NCBI GenBank assembly: GCA_021432655.1
Contig: MU271206.1
Coordinates: 62,001 to 126,000, forward strand
Length of the DNA: 64,000 nucleotides
Origin: Atractiella rhizophila
Lineage: Eukaryota
Reading direction: 5' to 3'
Shown piece by piece: positions 61,240 to 64,000 of this stretch; the stretch's first letter is position 1, and each line of letters begins with the position of its first letter. The notes beneath the pieces were generated by a model. The model searched no databases and had not been told where the DNA came from. It was given only the letters and a program-made list of their open reading frames with translations. The position numbers and the translations under genes were made by a program.

Positions 61240-62225
61240 TTAACAAGATGGGAAGGGATTTGGATTCAAGAACGAAGTGCTGTTCAGGAATGGAAGTAAT
61301 TGAGAATAATCGATTCCATCCTGTGGTACCCCAGCGTAAAGCCCTTCCGTTGCGGTAGCTGTAGTAATGGGCTGATTCATTGGAGCCTGAGCAAACGGAC
61401 TGGGCTGATTTTGTGGAAACGAAACCATATTTGGAAGGCTATTGACTGAAGGTCTCATTGACGGTCGAGAGAACTGGTGGTCGAGTGTCCTAACGAAATC
61501 GACGATGGGATCCGACATCCCAATACCTCCCACTCCTACGAGGGAGGAGCGACGTCGCACATCCTGGTCATGTTCGAACGAGGACACTGAACCGGAGCCA
61601 GTGGCGAGGCGCAGGGACTGGGGGAGGAGAAAGAGCTGTTGTATCTCTCTCCATCTCGTTCGCGAGAATGCCGTCGCTTGCGCTTGTTGTCCTTCGGCAG
61701 TTGATCTTCTGCCATAAAGTCCTCTCGTACGCGCATGGACAGGAGACGCTCCAGCACCTGCATTTCGTCATTAGTCCACATTCTCCAGAAGGAACAAGAA
61801 AGGAGACGCACGTCGATTCGATTGGTCAAGACTGCCACGGTATCGTTTAACCGTGCGACCTCAGCTTCAAGGTTCACGTCAGGTTCTTGTCTATGGTACA
61901 AAGGTTCAGCAAATAAAGGTAGAGGGGAGACCAAGTTGAACTCACTTGGGAACCGCACCGTCTTCCCACACACAAGTTTCTCCTCTCACTCGACAGCTTG
62001 AACAGTTCGATGACCGATCGCACTTGACTTTCTTCAGACGACAATTGCTGCAGCTCACCTGGGCAAGGGTGAGATATAGATTGAAGACTATGGAAGAAAG
62101 CTTACTGCTTTCCTATATCGTCGTTGCTTCCCGATTGCAGGGGTGGAGCTGGAAGAAGCTGACATTTGTTGCACCTGGGCGGAACTGCTGCTCATCGCAG
62201 GAACTTCTTGACTCTGATTTGACAT
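61240..62225 (-). CDS. Zn(II)2Cys6 transcription factor (short; 3' frame ambiguous, stop at 61536 or 61240)
   Basis: RRYRKA/VSCSNCRLKKVKCDRSSNCSSCRVRGETC followed by the coiled coil LEAEVARLNDTV. Confidence 0.85.
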
Positions 62226-63335
62226 TTCTCGTTTTAGGTTGGGTCTGGTAGGGTGTTTGCTTCTGAACTTGAAGCTTTTGATACTAATGCAGGAGGATGA
62301 GCGGCTGAATAGCAGCTAGCCATGGTGATGTTTTTATCGTCGTCTCTTCTCAAGGTCTCTTCCTCCTCCTTTCATCCAAACCCATGTAAGTAAGGAAGAA
62401 CTCGCAATTCCAGTCTTGTTTTCTTTGTTTTCTTGCTGCGCAAAGCCCATCTCTTGTACATTTTTGTCCTCCGTAGGTCGTTGTTCGTCCCAGCAAGCTT
62501 CGGAAGATTATGGCCGATCATTGAAGAGCTTCGCCTCCTTCGCCTGACATTGCTTGACCGTCCGCCTCAGCCAATTCAGGGACGGAAGACACTGTATCTG
62601 AAGTTTCCACACGCCTCCAGAACTTGTTCGCCTTTGAACATGTCGGTTCGGTTTGTTGTCTTCCTGTGGTGACATTGTTTGGGAACTCGAGGCGGCCAGA
62701 GCCAAGGCGGAAAAACAAAGGCATGAACCTGCCTATTACTACTCCAATCTGGTTGTAGTTTGCTGCGTTACCGTAGATGTTCACTGTAGTATCGCTTCCC
62801 CCAAGGTTTTTCTTTCTTTCTTAGAGTTGCTGTTGCTGAGGGTTGTAACGTCTACTGTTTACGACTGTGTCATCAATAAAATGCTACCAACGTCCCGCTA
62901 AACCTGCCATGCAGTCCGCAACTCCAGTTCCGACAACCTGATGCGGGAATCGATGCGGGAATGGGGGTTCTTGCAAGGATTCAGGTTGAGACATTTGTTG
63001 TGACGACTCTGGCGCTGGCAGCCCACGCGGGTTCTAGGAGTTACCTACCTAGGACTTCCTCGCAACTCGAACAAAGAGCAACTCACGGGTCATGTTGGCC
63101 TTTGCACAGGTAGCGACTAGCTACGGTTCTCATGATAAGGATCGGAGTGAGGGGAAGGGACGGAGCTTTCGTTCCTTCTTTCAATTCGAAACGAGCTAGA
63201 CGTTAAAATTGATGCATTGATGTGCTATTCCTAAGGTATCTATATCAAGAATGATGAAAAAAAACCCAAATGGATGGATAAGTTACGGGTATCTATTTAT
63301 GCAACGATTTCAAGACCATAAGAAGGCCCTTCCTC

Positions 63336-64000
63336 TCAGAACTCGGACTGCACCCGTCGCGAAGACTGATCACTGGGATCCTTGCTGGCCACTTTCGACC
63401 TCGCGCCGCCGCCTCCCAACAGAAAAGCCTCCTGTGGACCCACGTCCCTCCTTTGCCAACCACCTTTGTCATCGTCCACCATTCCCGTGTTCCAGAACCG
63501 TCCAAACTTGCCCACCAAATCGTCAGAAATCTGAAGGACTCCTTCCGATATTCGGGAAGAGTTAATGGATATTGTCTGCGATAAGTTCTGTATCGAAGTC
63601 TGGAACTGAGGTGATTGGAGATTGGCGAGAATGTTAGGGGCAGAGAATGGCAGATTTGTCGGTCTCGATTTCCAAGCTGCAGAGGGTGACGGAGAGCGCA
63701 AAGTGTGAGTTGAAGCAGGGGATGCGGCGGCGGGATTGCCGATCGTTATCCTATCGCTCGAATTCGTCGAACCGATCGAAGAAACGCTACTTTTCCTCTG
63801 TTTCTGTAACTTCCGAGGTCGTCGTCGAACAGCATCAGCTCCGTCTCCCTCTCTTCCATCTCCGCCTCCTATCCTCACCTGCGCTTTACACGCACATCTA
63901 TCACAAGCGCATCCGCATTGAGCTGGAGGGGGAGGAATGAACAATTGGACGAGGTCGGACTTGCTCCTCTTGCTCCTCGCCCGAAACCTAGCCGTCGGGG
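63336..64000 (-). CDS. 3' part of a hypothetical protein running off the window edge
   Basis: Frame is open from the right edge to TGA at 63336. Ser/Arg-rich, with a CGCACDRCAC cluster. Confidence 0.55.
   Translation of the reverse strand, partial: PTARFRARSKRSKSDLVQLFIPPPPAQCGCACDRCACKAQVRIGGGDGREGDGADAVRRRPRKLQKQRKSSVSSIGSTNSSDRITIGNPAAASPASTHTLRSPSPSAAWKSRPTNLPFSAPNILANLQSPQFQTSIQNLSQTISINSSRISEGVLQISDDLVGKFGRFWNTGMVDDDKGGWQRRDVGPQEAFLLGGGGARSKVASKDPSDQSSRRVQSEF

Overview
Eukaryotic, intron-rich fungal genomic DNA. Short GT-AG introns of about 50 nt with CTRAY-type branch points, and a Rax2 carrying a C-terminal SH3 domain, suggest a basidiomycete; that is an inference. About 28 protein-coding loci can be reconstructed by splicing. 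Housekeeping genes include eIF2-beta, a CENP-H-like gene, PAM17, ADI1, CBR1, SDH8, a U2SURP-like gene, RAX2 and NAT1, plus two aldo-keto reductases, a GH128 glucanase, an MFS sugar porter and Rua1-like and Zn2Cys6 regulators. Two accessory blocks stand out. (1) 7.4-22.2 kb: a CACTA/EnSpm-type transposon cut by an assembly gap abuts an old inverted duplication. Each arm carries a WRKY/FAR1-like zinc-domain gene and a secreted beta-lactamase-family hydrolase, and the arms show mosaic identity. (2) 30.9-36.8 kb: a scytalone-dehydratase-like gene with substituted active-site residues is followed by five tandem paralogs of an uncharacterised ~150-aa protein, expanded most recently by a 1940-bp tandem duplication. 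This block is the best candidate for an undescribed, possibly horizontally acquired module. Also seen: an array of intron-like hairpin repeats at 0.8-1.1 kb, several unusually long structured introns, and a signal-peptide-bearing aldo-keto reductase. No rRNA, tRNA or CRISPR array was found. Exon boundaries were inferred by eye and family calls come from recalled motifs, not database searches.
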